A stretch of 64,000 nucleotides of DNA from Scenedesmus sp. PABB004 (Eukaryota): contig JABVCE010000005.1 of assembly GCA_014905635.1 (NCBI GenBank), positions 496,001 to 560,000 of the forward strand, read 5' to 3'. This document shows positions 13,212-25,781 of the stretch, piece after piece. Under the pieces are notes generated by a model, which worked only from the letters and a program-made list of their open reading frames with translations, was not told where the DNA came from and did not search any database. Made by a program: the position numbers and the translations under genes. Position 1 is the first letter of the stretch; the number at the start of each line of letters is the position of its first letter.

Positions 13212-13760
13212 TCAGCAGCGCAGCACGCCCATGAGCACAAACGCCGGCGGCGGCAGCCCGCCGCCCTCGCTGCCGGCGCTGGCGCCGGACGAGGCGGGCA
13301 GCGGGCACGCCGCGTGCGCCTCCATGTGCTCGAGCCAGCGGTGCACAGTCTCGCGCGACGCCGCCGCCGACACGCAGCAGCCTGCCCGCTCGAGGCCGCC
13401 GCCAGCCACCGCCGCCGGCGGCGGCGACGGGCCAAACAGGCAGCGCTGCACGGGGCTGCGCGGCACCGCCGAGCAGCGCGCCGCCGCGCCGCCGCCGCTG
13501 CCGCCGCCGCCGCGGGGCCACGAAGCGCTGGGCGCGCCCGCCATGCCCGGCGGCATGCAGCCAGCGCGCAGCGCGCCCAGGGCGCAGCCCGCGTCCGCCT
13601 CGTCACCGCACGGCTCGGGGACGCGCAGCGGCGAGGGCCGCGCGCAGCGCAGGCGCGCCGGCGTGGGCGATCCGGGCGACGCGCTGCCGCCGCGCCAGCG
13701 CCCGCCGTCGCAGCTCGACACCTCCTCCTCCAGACCTTCCATCCAGCCCGGGGAGCTCAT
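13212..13760 (-). CDS. Hypothetical low-complexity protein (single exon?)
   Basis: Open frame MSSPGWMEGLEEEVSS...PVQRCLFG...ETVHRWLEHME with protein-like composition. No family recognised. Confidence 0.35.
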   Translation of the reverse strand: MSSPGWMEGLEEEVSSCDGGRWRGGSASPGSPTPARLRCARPSPLRVPEPCGDEADAGCALGALRAGCMPPGMAGAPSASWPRGGGGSGGGAAARCSAVPRSPVQRCLFGPSPPPAAVAGGGLERAGCCVSAAASRETVHRWLEHMEAHAACPLPASSGASAGSEGGGLPPPAFVLMGVLRC

Positions 13761-14839
13761 GCTCTCGCAGCTCCAGCCTGTGGCGGCAGGCGTGGCGGGT
13801 GATGGCGCGTCCAACTCTCCCCCCAGGAACGCGCGGCACGGCGCGCTCCGCGGCGCCGGCGCACGCCCACGCCCGCGCTGCGTTGACCGGACGCGCGCGC
13901 GCGCGGCCGCGCGCGGCGTGTGCGCCGGGCGCCTGCTTCCCGCCCCTCACTCGTTCCCCGCTGCGGGCGCTCCGATCGCGCCACGTGACCCCCGAACGCG
14001 CCCGGCCAACGGCAGTGCCTGGCGCCGGCGCGCCCGGCGCTGCGCTGGCGCGCAGCTGGGAGGGCATCATCCCCTCTGCTGCGCTGCCCGCATGCCGCCC
14101 GCCCCCAGCGCCTGCACACCCCGCGCCAGCGCCGCGCGCCGCACCCGCGCGTGACGGCGTGATCGGGGGTCCCGTCGGAAGCCGCGCGCGGGCGTCGCGG
14201 CGGGAGGATCGGGCGCGCCGCGGAGTGTAAAGCGTCCCGCGTCAGCGCCGCGCACGCGTCGTGCCGCCGCGCGGCCTGGCCGTCCCCTGCTCGGGCGTGT
14301 GCGCTGGCGGCGCGGGCGCGAGCGCGGCGGCCTGGCCGCGCGCTGCGACCCGCGCGAGGGCTTTGGCGCAGACCCCCGCGCCGTCGGCGCGGGCGCTGCG
14401 CTGCGCTGGGTGACACGGTTGCTCAACGCAAGGGGCGCGACCGCAAAGCGCGCCAGCGGCAAGAAAAACTGCCCCCCGCTCCTCCTCGCCGGACGGCGAG
14501 CTGGGGCGCGCGGCCGCCGCAATGGCGGCGGCCCGCCGCGCGGGCCCGCGCGGGCCGCGCGGGCCGCGCCGCCGGGCGTGCGCCGTCCCTCGGCAGAGAT
14601 CTCTGGGAACTCTCCAGTTCACCACGCTGCTGCAGCTGCTGCGGCGTCCAAAGTTCGGTGCGGGTGCAGCGTGCGCGCGGGCGCGGCCAATGCAAACCGA
14701 TGATGATGCTGGGGAGGGGAGAGCACGCGCGCGCGACGCCCCCACTCCCGACGCCCCCCCCCCCCTGTCACGGTCCCCGCCGCCGCGCGCGCGCACGTCG
14801 CGCGGCCGCCTCCCGGCCGCCCGCCCCAAGGGAAGCCCC

Positions 14840-16750
14840 TCACACGCGCGCCTGCAGCAGCTGCATCATCGCCACGCTGCGCTGGTATGAGTAGTACTCG
14901 CCCGCGCTGCTGCACAGCGAGTCCGGCGACAGCCAGTCCGTGGCCCGCGCGAGCAGCCGGCGCCGCGCGTCGGCGGCCGGCGGCGCCGGCGGCGCCGCGC
15001 CGGCGCCCCCGCCGCCCGCGCCGGCGGCGCGCGAGAGGCTCGCCGCGGCGGCGGCGAGCCGCGCGCGCGCCGCCGCGAGCCCCGTCTCCGCCCACTCGCG
15101 GTGCTGCGCGCGGAAGCGCAGCCGCTCCCACAGCGTCGCCGCGCGGTGCGCGTTGTCGGCGGGGTCGTACAGGTCCAGCCCCGCCGCGAGCGCCGCGGCC
15201 TGCGCGTCGCGCGCGCTCGCCGCCGCGGCGCCGTCGAGCGGCGCGCCGTCGAGCGCGGCCTTGAGCCCCGCCATCGCGCCGCCGATGCGCGACGCGATGG
15301 CGCTGTACAGCGCGTCCTCGCTCCACCCGCCCGCCGCCGACGCGGCGAGCAGGTCAGAGACGTCGACCGGCGCGCCGACGAGCACCTTGACCTGCGCGCC
15401 GTGGACGCGGACGCGGACGCGGCGGCGGCGGCGGCGGCGGCGGGCGGCGGCGGCGGCGCGGGGTCAGCAGGGCAGGCGCGGGCGGGCGCGGCACCGCGCG
15501 GCGGCGGCGGCGCCCCCGGCCGGCCCCGGGCGCGCCCCGGGCCGCACCTGCTTGTTGACCTTTGGCAGCAGCGAGCCCTTGGGCAGCACCTCCTCCATGC
15601 CGCTGTGCACAAAGGGGAGCACGAGCGGGTCGGCGTCGCCGCACGCCGCGACGAGCCGGCCGACGCCCTTGCGCACCGGCCCGAGCGCGCCGTCGCGGCT
15701 GCGCGTGCCCTCGGGGAAGATGTGCACCCAGTCGCCCGCGCGCAGCCGCTCCTCCGCCGCGGCGAGGCCCGCCTGGAACATGCCCGCGCCGCGCTCGACC
15801 GGCAGGACCTTGGCCGCGCGAAAGAAGGGTACAAGCGCGGCGCGGTGGAAGCAGCGGTCGCTCGCGCACAGCGTCCACCTGCGCCGCGGCGGCGGCAGCG
15901 GCAGCGGCGGCGCGGGCGTGGGCGCGCGCGCGCGCGCGCGCGCGCGCGCGCGCGGCGGGCAGCTGCTGCGGGGCGCGCGCGGCCCCGGTTTCCGCGCGCC
16001 GCCGCGCTGCGGCGCCGCGCGGGGCGCACCGCAGCGCCGCCGGGTCGGCGAAGACCTCGGGCGGCAGTATGGTTGACATGACGAGCGGGTCGTCCATGGA
16101 GGCGACGTGGTTGCACACGGTGATGAGCGGCCGGCCCGGCGCGCGCGCGAGCGCGGCCGCCATGTGCTCCGCGCCCTCCACGGACGTGTCGTTGGCGCGC
16201 GTCATGAACCCGCGGCTGCCGTGCGCGAGCACGTACATCACTGCGCTCTGTGCGCGGTGGCGGCGCGCGGCGGGGACGCGGACGGGCAGCGCGGGCGGGG
16301 CGGTCAGGGGCGGGCGGGCGGGCAGAGAACGTGCGCGCCGCGCGCGCTGAGTCGCCACGGCAAGCCGCCGCGCGCCGCCGCCGCGCGCACCCGCAGCGGG
16401 CCGTCGCTGCCGTAGAGGGGCTGCAGCTCCGCGGGCGCGACGCGCGCCGGCGACGCGGCGGCGCGGCGCGCGGCCGCCTCCGACACCTCTGCCGTGCCGC
16501 ACGCGTCGCGCAGCTGCTGGCGCAGCCGCGCCTTGGCCGCGGCCCACAGCTGCCGCAGGTCGCCCTCCAGCAGCAGCGCGTGCAGGCGGCTCAGCGCGCG
16601 CGTGGGGTCGGTGGTCGACTGCAGCAGAGCGCCGTAGTGCAGCAGCCGCGCCTCGCCGCCGCCGCCGCCCTCCGCCGCGCCGCGTCCGCCAGCCTGCGCG
16701 GTGCCCTTGAGCAGCGCGGCCTTGAGGCTGTGCCCGCTGTGGCCCAGCAT
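14840..16750 (-). CDS. TAZ: Tafazzin-like lysophospholipid acyltransferase (PlsC family), multi-exon
   Basis: PLITVCNHVASMDDPLV (HxxxxD), RWTLCASDRCF, KVLPVERGAGMFQ, GDWVHIFPEGTRS, RKGVGRLV, VLPFVHSGMEEVLP. Confidence 0.9.
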
Positions 16751-17461
16751 CGTGGGCGCTGGCTCTGGAAGGGCCCGAGGATGCTTGCTGCCACGCCCCC
16801 ACGCGCCCGATCAGCCCCCGCCCGGCCGGCAGAGCCTGCGCCGACCGGGCACGGTGCGACGTGGGGCGGGCGCGGCCTCTCGCGACGGGCTCTGCGGATC
16901 GGATGAGGAGGCCGCGGCGCGCGCTGCTGCTGCCGCGGCAGGCGTCGGCGCGTCGCCGAGCACGGGGTCAACGGACGCCGGCGAATTGGACGTCGCGCGC
17001 GGGGCGAGCGCGGGCAAACCGGCGGCGGCGCCGCAGCGGGCGGCGCGGTTGAGGGGGCAGCGGCTGCTGCATGATCGCCCCGCCTCGGCGCGCCTGCGCC
17101 GCCACCGCCAAACGCCCGCCGCGGCCGCCGGCAGCGCTCGCCGGCGGCTCGGGCGGCGGCCCGAGCGCGCGCGCGCGGGCGGCGCCCCCGCGCGGCGAGA
17201 GGGTGCGCGCCACGCGCAGCGCGCCGGAACGGCCTGGTCGGAGAGGGCGCACGCCACGACGGGGCGGCGACCGGCGGCGCCCGACTGCGCAAAGACCCCC
17301 GCTGCTCGAGCGCACACCGCACGCCGCACGCCCGCCGCCCAGTCCCCAGCAGACCGCCACCGCTCCCGCCACGCGCAGCCGGGCGCGCCCTCTCCCACCG
17401 ACGCCCCCAGGCGCCAGCGAGGCCAGGAGCACGGCCCCCTCGCACCCGCGGTCGAGCAGCA

Positions 17462-18210
17462 ATGTCCAAACGCCCGCCCGAGGGCGATGGGGCGGCCGGA
17501 TCAAAGCAGCCGCGCCTGGGCGAGCCCGCCAACGGCGTGGTGAGGCGGGGGGCCGACTCGCCGCTGATTGCCGGCCCGCCCAGGGCCGCTGGGGCCGCAG
17601 GCCGCCAGCCGGCGCCGGCAGGGGCTCGCCAGGACCGTCACGCAGCGCACCAGCGCGCTGCGGCGCGGGCTGCGGCAGCAGCGGCGCCGCGGCAGGGCGG
17701 GGCAGGCGGGCAACCGAAAGCGGGCTCGCCCCGCGCGCCCCGGCGCCTGGACGCCTGGCGCGCCAGCGGGGCCGCCCGGACGGCCTGCCCGGAAGCGTCG
17801 GCCGCCGCGAGGGCCCGCGCCGCGCCCGGCGCCGCGCCGGCGCCGGCGGCAGCCAGCGTCGGGCGACGCCGACGCGCGGCGCCCGCCCCGCCCGCCCGCC
17901 CGCGCGCCGCCGCAGGCCGGCGACGCCGCGGCGCAGCCGGAGAGCAAGCCGCTGCCGCTGGGTGAGGCGCGCGGCGCCGGCGGCTGCGGCACGCGCGCAG
18001 CGCGGCAGTGTGTTGTCGGCGCGCAGCGGCCGCCGCACGCGGCCGCGCGACGGCGCTGCTGCCGTGCGCCCGACCGCCCGCCCGGCCGGCCGCGCACCGC
18101 GCGCCGCGCGCAGACATCCCGACCCTGAACTACAAGGAGGGCCGGCTGGCCAAGGAGATCATCTTCCAGTGGAAGAGCAACAACACGTCGCTGCTGGTGC
18201 GGGGACAGCT

Positions 18211-18244
<34 letters not shown>

Positions 18245-19903
18245 GGCCGCCCCGCTGCAGCCGCGCGCCCGGGGGCTCCCCGCCCACGCCCTCCCTGCCC
18301 TCCTCCCCCCAAGGTGTGCATCGCGCCGGAGTACATGGTCGGGTCGAACAAGCAGGTCAAGTCGCGGCAGCTCTGGGGCGAGGACGTGTACACCGACGAC
18401 AGCGACCTCGTCGCGGTGCTGCTGCACCTCGGCTACCACGCCTCCAACGCCGCGGCGCCAAACCCCCTCGTGTCGCGCTTCTACGCCCAGATCGCCCTCC
18501 TGCCGCCGCGCGAGGCCTACCCGAGCTGCTTCCGCAACGCCGTGCGCAGCCGCGGCTGGTTCTCGCAGATCGAGGGCTGCAGCTACAAGGCGCGCCGCGT
18601 CCGCCGCCGCGCCCGCGCCGCTCCGCCGCCGCGCCGGGGCCGCCGCGCCGCGGGGCCGCGCGCTGTGCGCGCCCGCCGCGCCCGCCCGCGCGCCCACGCC
18701 CGCGCCCGCGCTCGCGCAGGTGGAGCGCTGCTGGCTCGTCACGCGCAGCAACAAGCAGCTGGAGCTCGCGCCGCGCGCGGACGACTGCGCGATCACGCAC
18801 CCGACCTTTGCGCTGAGCAACAGCGGCCCCCAGATGAGCACGCGCAGCACCGCGGGCAGCAGCCGCAACAAGCCCGTCACAGAGGTGCGGCGCGAGCCCC
18901 GCGCCCCGCGCGCGAGCCCCGCGCCCCGCGCGCGAGCCCCGCGCCCCGCGCCGCGGCGCGCTCGCGCGGCGCGCCGCACCGCTGCGCTCCCCTCGCACAC
19001 CACGTCGCGCACCCACGCACGCACGCACACTCACACGCTCGCGCACGCGCCCGCCGCACCCGCCCCCGGCCGGCCGCCCAGGTGACTGTGCTGTACAACC
19101 TGTGCCACGAGCCGTGGCTCAAGTACAGCATGAGCAGCGTCGCCGACCGCGGGCTCAAGAGCAGCCACTGGACGAGCAGCCGCCTGCGCGAGGAGGTCAT
19201 CTATATGGAGACCAGCAGGTGCTGCTGCTGTCTGCGCACGCCTGCAGCAGGGGGCGGGGCGCAGGGGCGGGGCGCGGAGGCGAAGCCGGCGGGCGGCGGG
19301 CGGGCGGCCAATCGAGCGGGCGCTGCCGCTGCTGGCCGACCCGCCGGGCGCCGCTGCGCCGCGCCGCAGGCACCGCTTTGAGCTGAGCTACGCCGGCACG
19401 GCAGGGCCGGACGACGCGCAGGTGGTGCGTGCCGGCGCGCGCGGCGCGCTGCGGCGCGGCGGGGGCGCGCAGCGCGGGCCGGGCCGGGCGGGGCCGGGCG
19501 GCGGCGCGGCGCGCGCCCGACCGCGCGCGTCGGCGCGCGTCGGCGCCGCAGGACACCTACACGTTTGCCCGCTGCAAGCACATCCTGCCGGTCTCGGCGG
19601 TGAAGCAGCTGGGCGTGCCGCTGCCTGCCGACGAGGTCGAGGTGCTGGAGGCGGCGCTCGACTGGGACGACCTGCAGGTGCGGAGGGGGGACGGGCGGCG
19701 CGCGCGCGCGTGCTCGTGTGGGCGGCCGGCCGCGCCGCGGCCGCGCCTGGCGCGCGGCGCCCGCCCGCCCACGCGCCCGCCGCGCCCGCCGCCGCGCCCG
19801 CGTGCGCGCGCTGCAGTGGGCCAACATGTCTATGAGCGTGCGCGGCACGCCGTACAAGATGCTGCGCATGCACTTCATGCCGCGCTGCAAGCCGGGGCAG
19901 TGA
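17462..19903 (+). CDS. HDC1: Histone deacetylase complex subunit HDC1/Rxt3-like, multi-exon
   Basis: NKQVKSRQLWGEDVYTDDSDLVAVLLHLGY (Rxt3 motif), NAVRSRGW, YNLCHEPWLKYSMSSVADRG, TSSRLREEVIYMET, VPLPADEVEVLEAALDWDDLQW. Confidence 0.9.
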
Positions 19904-20143
19904 CGCGCGCGCGCACGCGCTCGCGCCAGGCGCGCGCCGCGCCGCGCGCCGGGCGGCAGCGGCCGCCGCGGCGCGCGGGGCGGGCGAGCCCGCTCGGGCG
20001 GCCGGCCGCGTGTTCGCTGTACATTCTCTCGCCGGCTGCTGCCCGCGCGCGGAGCGGAGCGGCCGCCGTGCTGTGTGACTCTCTCTCTCTCGCGCGCCCG
20101 GAGCCGGCCCCCGCGAGCGATCGAGCAGCGACAGCATCCTGTG

Positions 20144-20148
20144 TTACA
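20144..20148 (-). promoter_or_regulatory. Candidate TGTAA poly(A) signal of petE
   Basis: TTACA on the + strand about 220 nt beyond the petE stop. Confidence 0.55.
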
Positions 20149-20369
20149 CGCGCGCGCGCGCACACGTTTGCGGATGCGACAAAGGCCATCATGTCGGCAC
20201 AGGCCTGCGCGCGCCTGGCTCGCGCCAGGCCGCTGCCCAAAACTCGGCGCCGCTGCGCCACGCGCGCCGCAGCGGGACGCCGACGGCCCTCCTGCCAGAT
20301 GAAAGCGCGCGCGCGCCCTGCACACCCTCTCCCCGCGCGCCGCGCCGGCGCCGCGACCGCGGCCGCCGC

Positions 20370-21321
20370 TTAGTTCACGGTGACGGTGCCCTTCATGCCG
20401 GCGCCCTGGTGGGGCTCGCAGTAGTAGCTGTAGCTGCCGGCGGTGTCAAACTTGGCGGTGTACGTCTCCCCGGGCGCGTTGAGGTAGTCCTCGTGGCTCA
20501 GCGCGTCGGCGTTCACGCCGCTCTGCACGCGCGCACACAAGGCGGGGGGAGGGAGCGGGAGGGAGGTGGGCGCGCGTGCGCAGGCGCGGTCGCCGCCACT
20601 CGCGCCGGCGCGCCGCCCGCCGCTGCGCCGCGGCGCCGCTGCGCCGCGGCGCCGCCGCCCGGCCGCGGGGCACTCACCGGCACCTCGTCCTCGTCGAAGA
20701 CGATGTTGTGGGGGAAGCCGGCGTTGTTCACCCAGGTCACGGACTCGCCGGCCTTCACCGTCACGCTGGCGGGCTCGAACACGAGCGCGCCGGAGTCGGC
20801 GCCGAGCTTCACGGTCGCGTTGGCGTGGGCCGCGCCCACGAGCGCCAGGGAGCTCAGCGCCACGCCCGCCACGGACGCGACCTGCTTGAGGCTGGCGTTC
20901 GCCTTCACCTGCGGTCCGCGGCGGTCGGCGCGGGCGCGACGACCGGGGCGTGAGGCGGGGCGGCCCCGGGCGGCGCGGCCGGGCCAATGAGCGCCCGTGC
21001 GCGGCGGGGCGGCATGCATGCAGCGAAGGGCGAGTCGCGCCCACGGGCGGCCGATGGCACAGATCCGTCGTCCCCCGGCGCCGGCGCGGCACGTCCCGGC
21101 GGCCCGAGCCCCCGCCGCGAGCCGCGGACGCGCGTGGGCGCGGCATTCGGCTCCGATCTGTCGCTGCTGCTGCGCGCGCCACCCGCGCGCCCGGCGCCCG
21201 CGGGGCCGCCCGCGGGCCCTCATTGGCCCGGCCCGGGTCTCCGCTCTCCACTCACCACGCGGGGGCGCGCGGCGCGGCCGGCCACGGCCTGGCTGGAGAC
21301 GGCGCGGAGGGTAGCGGCCAT
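20370..21321 (-). CDS. petE: Plastocyanin precursor, 3 exons
   Basis: Bipartite presequence ending AHA. Mature [16 protein letters not shown]...[17 protein letters not shown]...[18 protein letters not shown] with all four Cu ligands (H, C, H, M). Confidence 0.98.
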
Positions 21322-21592
21322 GGTGCTGGGCTGCGACGGCGGCGAGAGGTACGGAGGAGGGTGTGAGAGGTAAGGGTGGGGCGGCAGGACGACGCTGGCG
21401 GTAAGACGGACGGCACGATCCTCACGCAAGAGCGCTAAACCGCGAGCTGAACTCAAATAAAGCTGCGCAATTGCGCCCGTGCTTGTTGGTTGCCCGACAT
21501 GCGGCCCGAGCCTCGCGGCCAGCGCCCCCAGCGCGAGGCCAGCTCTGGCGCCCCGCCGCACCGCGCGCGCCGGCGACCAGCGGTGTCGCAGG

Positions 21593-22770
21593 CTAGCCCG
21601 CCCCCACCGCGGCGCGCAGCGCCGCGACGCTGGCAGCGAGCTCCTGCTCGGTCGCGTCCTGCTCGTCCGTCCCGCGCCAGCGACGGCGGCGGCCGTGGCC
21701 GCCCCGGGGTGGCGGCGCCGGCCGCCGCGCGCCGCGCCCGCGCTTGCGCGCGCGCTGCCGCCCGAGCGCCGCCGCCACGGCAGACCCGTCGGCGGCGGCG
21801 GGCGCCGCGCCGCGGCCCTCCCCCCACGCCGCGGCGACGCGCGTGGGGGGCTCGGCGACGGCGGCGGCGGGCGCGGGCGCCGGCCGCGGCGCGCGCGGCG
21901 GCGGCACGGTGGGCCTGAAGAGGTGCGGCTTCGCGCCGCCGCCGCCGCTGCCGCTGCTGCCGCCGCCGCTGCCGCTGCCGCTGCCGCTGCCGCTGCCGCC
22001 GCCGCCGTCGGGCGGGCGCCCGAGCTCCTGCTGCTGGTACAGGAGCTCCAGCTCCTGCTCCGCGTCCTGCAGCCGCAGGTGTGCGCCGCCGGCGTCGCCC
22101 GCTGCCGGCGCGCACACGCTGGTGTGCTGGTGCGCCAGCCGCTCGCCGCTCACCGCCGCGGCGCCGGCGGGGCCGTGGCCGTGCTCACCGCCGTGCCTGC
22201 CGCCGTCGGGCTGCCCGTGCGCGCAGCCCGGGCGCTGCTGCAGGTCCCCGCACACGCCCTGCGCCTCGGGGGCCCGGGCGCCGGCCGTTCGCCGCCGGGC
22301 GCCGCGGAACCGGGGCCTGCCGCCGCGCCCTGCTGCTGCTGCTGTTGCCGCCGCTCCCAGGCGCTGAAGCGCGCCGCCGCGTTGGTGTCGGCCTGCAGGA
22401 ACGCGGCAAACGCCTGCGCGCGCGCCAGGTCGTGCTGCAGGCGGGCCTGCGCCGCGTGCGCGGCGGCGAGCTCGTGCTGCGCGGCGGCGTGCAGCTCCCG
22501 CAGCTGCTCCAGCACGGCCGGCGGCGGCCCGGCGCGCTGCTCGTCCGCCGTGCCGGCCAGGTCTGCCGACGCCTGCACGAGCAGGCGCCGCACCAGCGCG
22601 AGCGCGGCCGCCTCAGCAGCCGCAGGCTGCCCGGCCACCTCGGCGCCCGCAGGCGCGGGCACGGCCGCCGCGTCGTCGCCGCCGCTCGTCAGCGCGCGCA
22701 CGTGGCTCGCCAGCCCCGCCAGCAGCGCCTCCAGCGCCTCGTGCTTGCGCGCAGCCTGCTCGTCCTGCAT
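21593..22770 (-). CDS. Hypothetical coiled-coil protein (apparent 1-nt frameshift at ~22270)
   Basis: MQDEQAARKHEALEALL...LEQLRELHAAAQHELAAAHAAQARLQHDLARAQ continues in a shifted frame as HLRLQDAEQELELLYQQQ...EQELAASVAALRAAVGAG. Confidence 0.5.
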
Positions 22771-23172
22771 GGCCGCGCGTCACGCGCGGCCGCCGGGCGC
22801 GCAGTGTTGCGGCGGCGGCGGCAGCTGCTGAGCTGAGCGGTCCAGCCGCTGCAGCGCGCCGGGCATCGTCAGAAGCGCCGGCGGGCGAACGCGGCCGCGC
22901 GGCTGTGCAGCCGCAGAGCGACGGCGCGGCTCGCGCCGCTGCCGCTGTGCCGCTGCTGCTGCTGGATGGCGCTGCTGCTGCTTCCGCGGTTGACTGATTG
23001 ACGGTTGAGCGTGCCGGTGCGGGTGGCTCCAGCGGCCGGGGAAGCCCGGGCTCGGGCGTGGGACCCGTCGTGACGGGGCGCGGCGCCGCTGCTGACGAGA
23101 CGCCGCCGCGCGGCGCGATCGCCGCACTCCGCTCCCCACTGCCACCAGCGCCGCAGGTCGCCGCAGGGTGCC

Positions 23173-24295
23173 ATGCGGCACGTCGTGATCGGCGGCGGCA
23201 TCGCGGGCGTCGTGGCGGCCGAGGAGCTGTGCCGCCTGCGGCCGGGCGACGCGGTCGCGCTCGTGTCGGCGTCGACGGTGCTCAAGGTGCGCACTCTCTG
23301 CCACACACGGCGGCGGCGGCGGCGGTGCGCACGCGCCGCAGCGACAGCGGCGCCCACAACGGCGCGCGTGCGCAGGGCGTCGACGCGGTGGTGCGGATCA
23401 GCAAGACCATTGAGGAGGTCACAGGTGCGCCGCGCCGCGCCGCGCCGCGCGCCGGCCCAGCCGCGCAGTCGGCGCGGCGGCGAGCCCGCGGCCCCGCCGC
23501 CGCCCGCCCGCGCAGTGGTCGAGCGGGACCTGGCGTCGCTCGCGCACCCCAACCTGCGCGTGGTGCAGGGCCTGGTCAGGGCCGTCGACACGCAGCAGCG
23601 GGTGCGGCGCGGGGTCACAGCGGCGCCGCACCCCCGCCCCGCGCCCCTGGCGCGCCCCCGCCCCGCGCCCCCGCCGCCTCGCCCCCCCCCCCCCCCACGC
23701 CGCCCGCCGCGCCCCGCACAGCTCGTGCAGCTGCAGGGCGGCGAGGCCCTGCCGTATGACCGGCTCTGCATCGCCGCCGGCGCGCGGCCCAAGGTGCCGG
23801 CGCGTGCGGCGCCTCCCGCGCTCAGCACAGCGTCGCGCAGCGCCGCGGCTCAGCAGGGCCGCCTCGCCCCGCCCGCCCGCCCGCCAGGTGCTGCCGTTTG
23901 CGCACGAGCGCATCGTCTCGCTGCGGGACGTGCAGTCGGTGGAGGGCTTTGCGCGCCAGCTCGCCAGCGCGCGCCGCATCGCCGTCATCGGCAACGGCGG
24001 CATCGCGCTGGAGCTCGTGTGAGCGGCGGCGCCGCCGGCGGGGGAGCCTGCCAGCGGGCGCCGCGCCACGCCGCGCCGCGCGCCACGCAGCGAGCCTCCG
24101 TCGCCGCCGCCGCCGCTGCCTGTCGCGCAGAGGCGCGGCGCGCGGCGTGGAGGTGGTCTGGGTGCTGAAGCACGGCCACATCGGCGACGCGTTCTTTGAC
24201 CTGGACGCGGCAGAGTTCCTGCTGGGGGTCCTGCAGCAGCAGCAGCAGCAGGAGCAGCAGCAGCAGGGGCAGCAGGAGCAGCAGCAGCAGCAGCA

Positions 24296-24330
<35 letters not shown>

Positions 24331-24406
24331 CGCAGGAGCAGGAGCAGCAGCAGGGGCAGCAGCAGGAGCAGCAGGGGCAGCAGGAGCAGCAGCAGCAGGG
24401 GCAGCA

Positions 24407-24437
<31 letters not shown>

Positions 24438-24880
24438 GCGCAGCAGGCGCAGCAGGCGCAGCAGGAGCAGCAGGAGCAGCAGCCGCCGCCGCCAGAGCAG
24501 CCGGGGCAGCCGGCTGCGGTGGCGGAGGCAGGCACGGCAGGAGCCGCTGCCGCCGCGGCGGCGCGGGGCCACGCGGCAGGGCCCAAGTGGGTCGACCAGC
24601 TCCCGCGCGGCGCGCTGCCGGCGCACGTGCGGCTGGAGCGCAACGCGCAGGTCGTCGGCGCCAGCAGCGCGCCGCAGCAGGCGCCGCCGGTTGGCCCGGG
24701 AGCGGAGCGCTGGCCGCTCTACCTGCGGCTGAGCAGCGGCAAGGAGGTGGGCGTGGACCTGGCGGTGCAGGCCATCGGCGTTGAGCCCGCGACCGACTGG
24801 CTGCCGGGTGCGCGCGCAGGCGCCCGGCGCGGCGCACCTGCGCCTGCGCCAGCGTGCAGGGCCGCGGCTCGCCGCCGACA

Positions 24881-24937
<57 letters not shown>

Positions 24938-25696
24938 ATGCACCGGGCGTGGGCGTGCAGCCGAGCTGCGCCGCGCGCCAGACGGCGGCGTGCTGGTGGA
25001 CGAAAACCTGGAGAGCTCCGTGCCAGGTGGGCGCTGGCGCGCCCCGGCGCGCCGCGCGGCGGGCGCGGCCCCTCGCCCCTGACGCCGCCGCCGCGGGGCG
25101 CGGGCGCAGGCGTGTTTGCCGCCGGCGACTGCTGCACGGTCGACCCCGGTCGCACCGCGGCGCACTGGTTCCAGATGCGCCTGTGGACGCAGGCGCGGCT
25201 CATGGGCCTGCACGCGGCGGCGGGCATGGCGGGCGCGCGCGACGACGAAGTGCTGTCCCTCTCGTTCGAGCTGGTGCGGCGCCGAGCGCCGCCGCGCGGC
25301 GCGATCGCCCGGCGGCCTGCGGCCTGCCGTGCGCGCGGGGCACGGCTGCACGGCGCTGCGTCGCAGCGCACCGTTCACGCGCGCCGCGCCGCCGGCGCGC
25401 AGTTCACGCACGTCACGCGCTTCCTGGGGTTCAAGGTGGTGCTGCTGGGCCTCTACAACGGCCAGAAGCTCTCCGCCGCGCCCCGCGGCGACGTGGTGCT
25501 GTACAGCCGCGCCGACGGCGCGCAGTCGTTTGTGCGCGTGCTGCTGCTCCGCGGGCGGCTCGCGGGCGCGGTGCTGCTCGGCGAGACGGGGCTGGAGGAG
25601 ACGTTTGAGAACCTCATCCTCGACGGCCTGGACCTCTCCGGCTACGGCCCGGCCCTGCTCGACCCCGACGCCGAGCTGGACCACATCTTTGACTGA
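23173..25696 (+). CDS. PYROXD1: Pyridine nucleotide-disulfide oxidoreductase domain-containing protein 1, multi-exon
   Basis: VVIGGGIAG, YDRLCIAAGARPK, IAVIGNGGIALELV, HIGDAFFD, GHAAGPKW, VFAAGDCC, WFQMRLWTQAR, FELFTHVTRFLGFKVVLLGLYNGQ, LEETFENLIL and the tail LLDPDAELDHIFD. Confidence 0.93.
24232..24482 (+). repeat. CAG-rich coding repeat (polyQ/E insert) in PYROXD1
   Basis: About 250 nt of CAG/GAG codons, in frame. Confidence 0.95.
24882..24936. repeat. (GCC)n microsatellite in a PYROXD1 intron
   Basis: Uninterrupted GCC run. Confidence 0.95.
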
Positions 25697-25781
25697 CTGA
25701 CCCGGGGCCGGACCGGCCAGCCAGATGTGTGTGGCACACACATCGTTGCACACACTGTGTGCCACGCCCAGCCACCGGGCC

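Noticed and set aside
18890..18950. Short tandem duplications inside introns (also ~1060-1180) as introner elements
   Set aside because: These are local slippage repeats. I saw no shared sequence family or terminal repeats between different introns.
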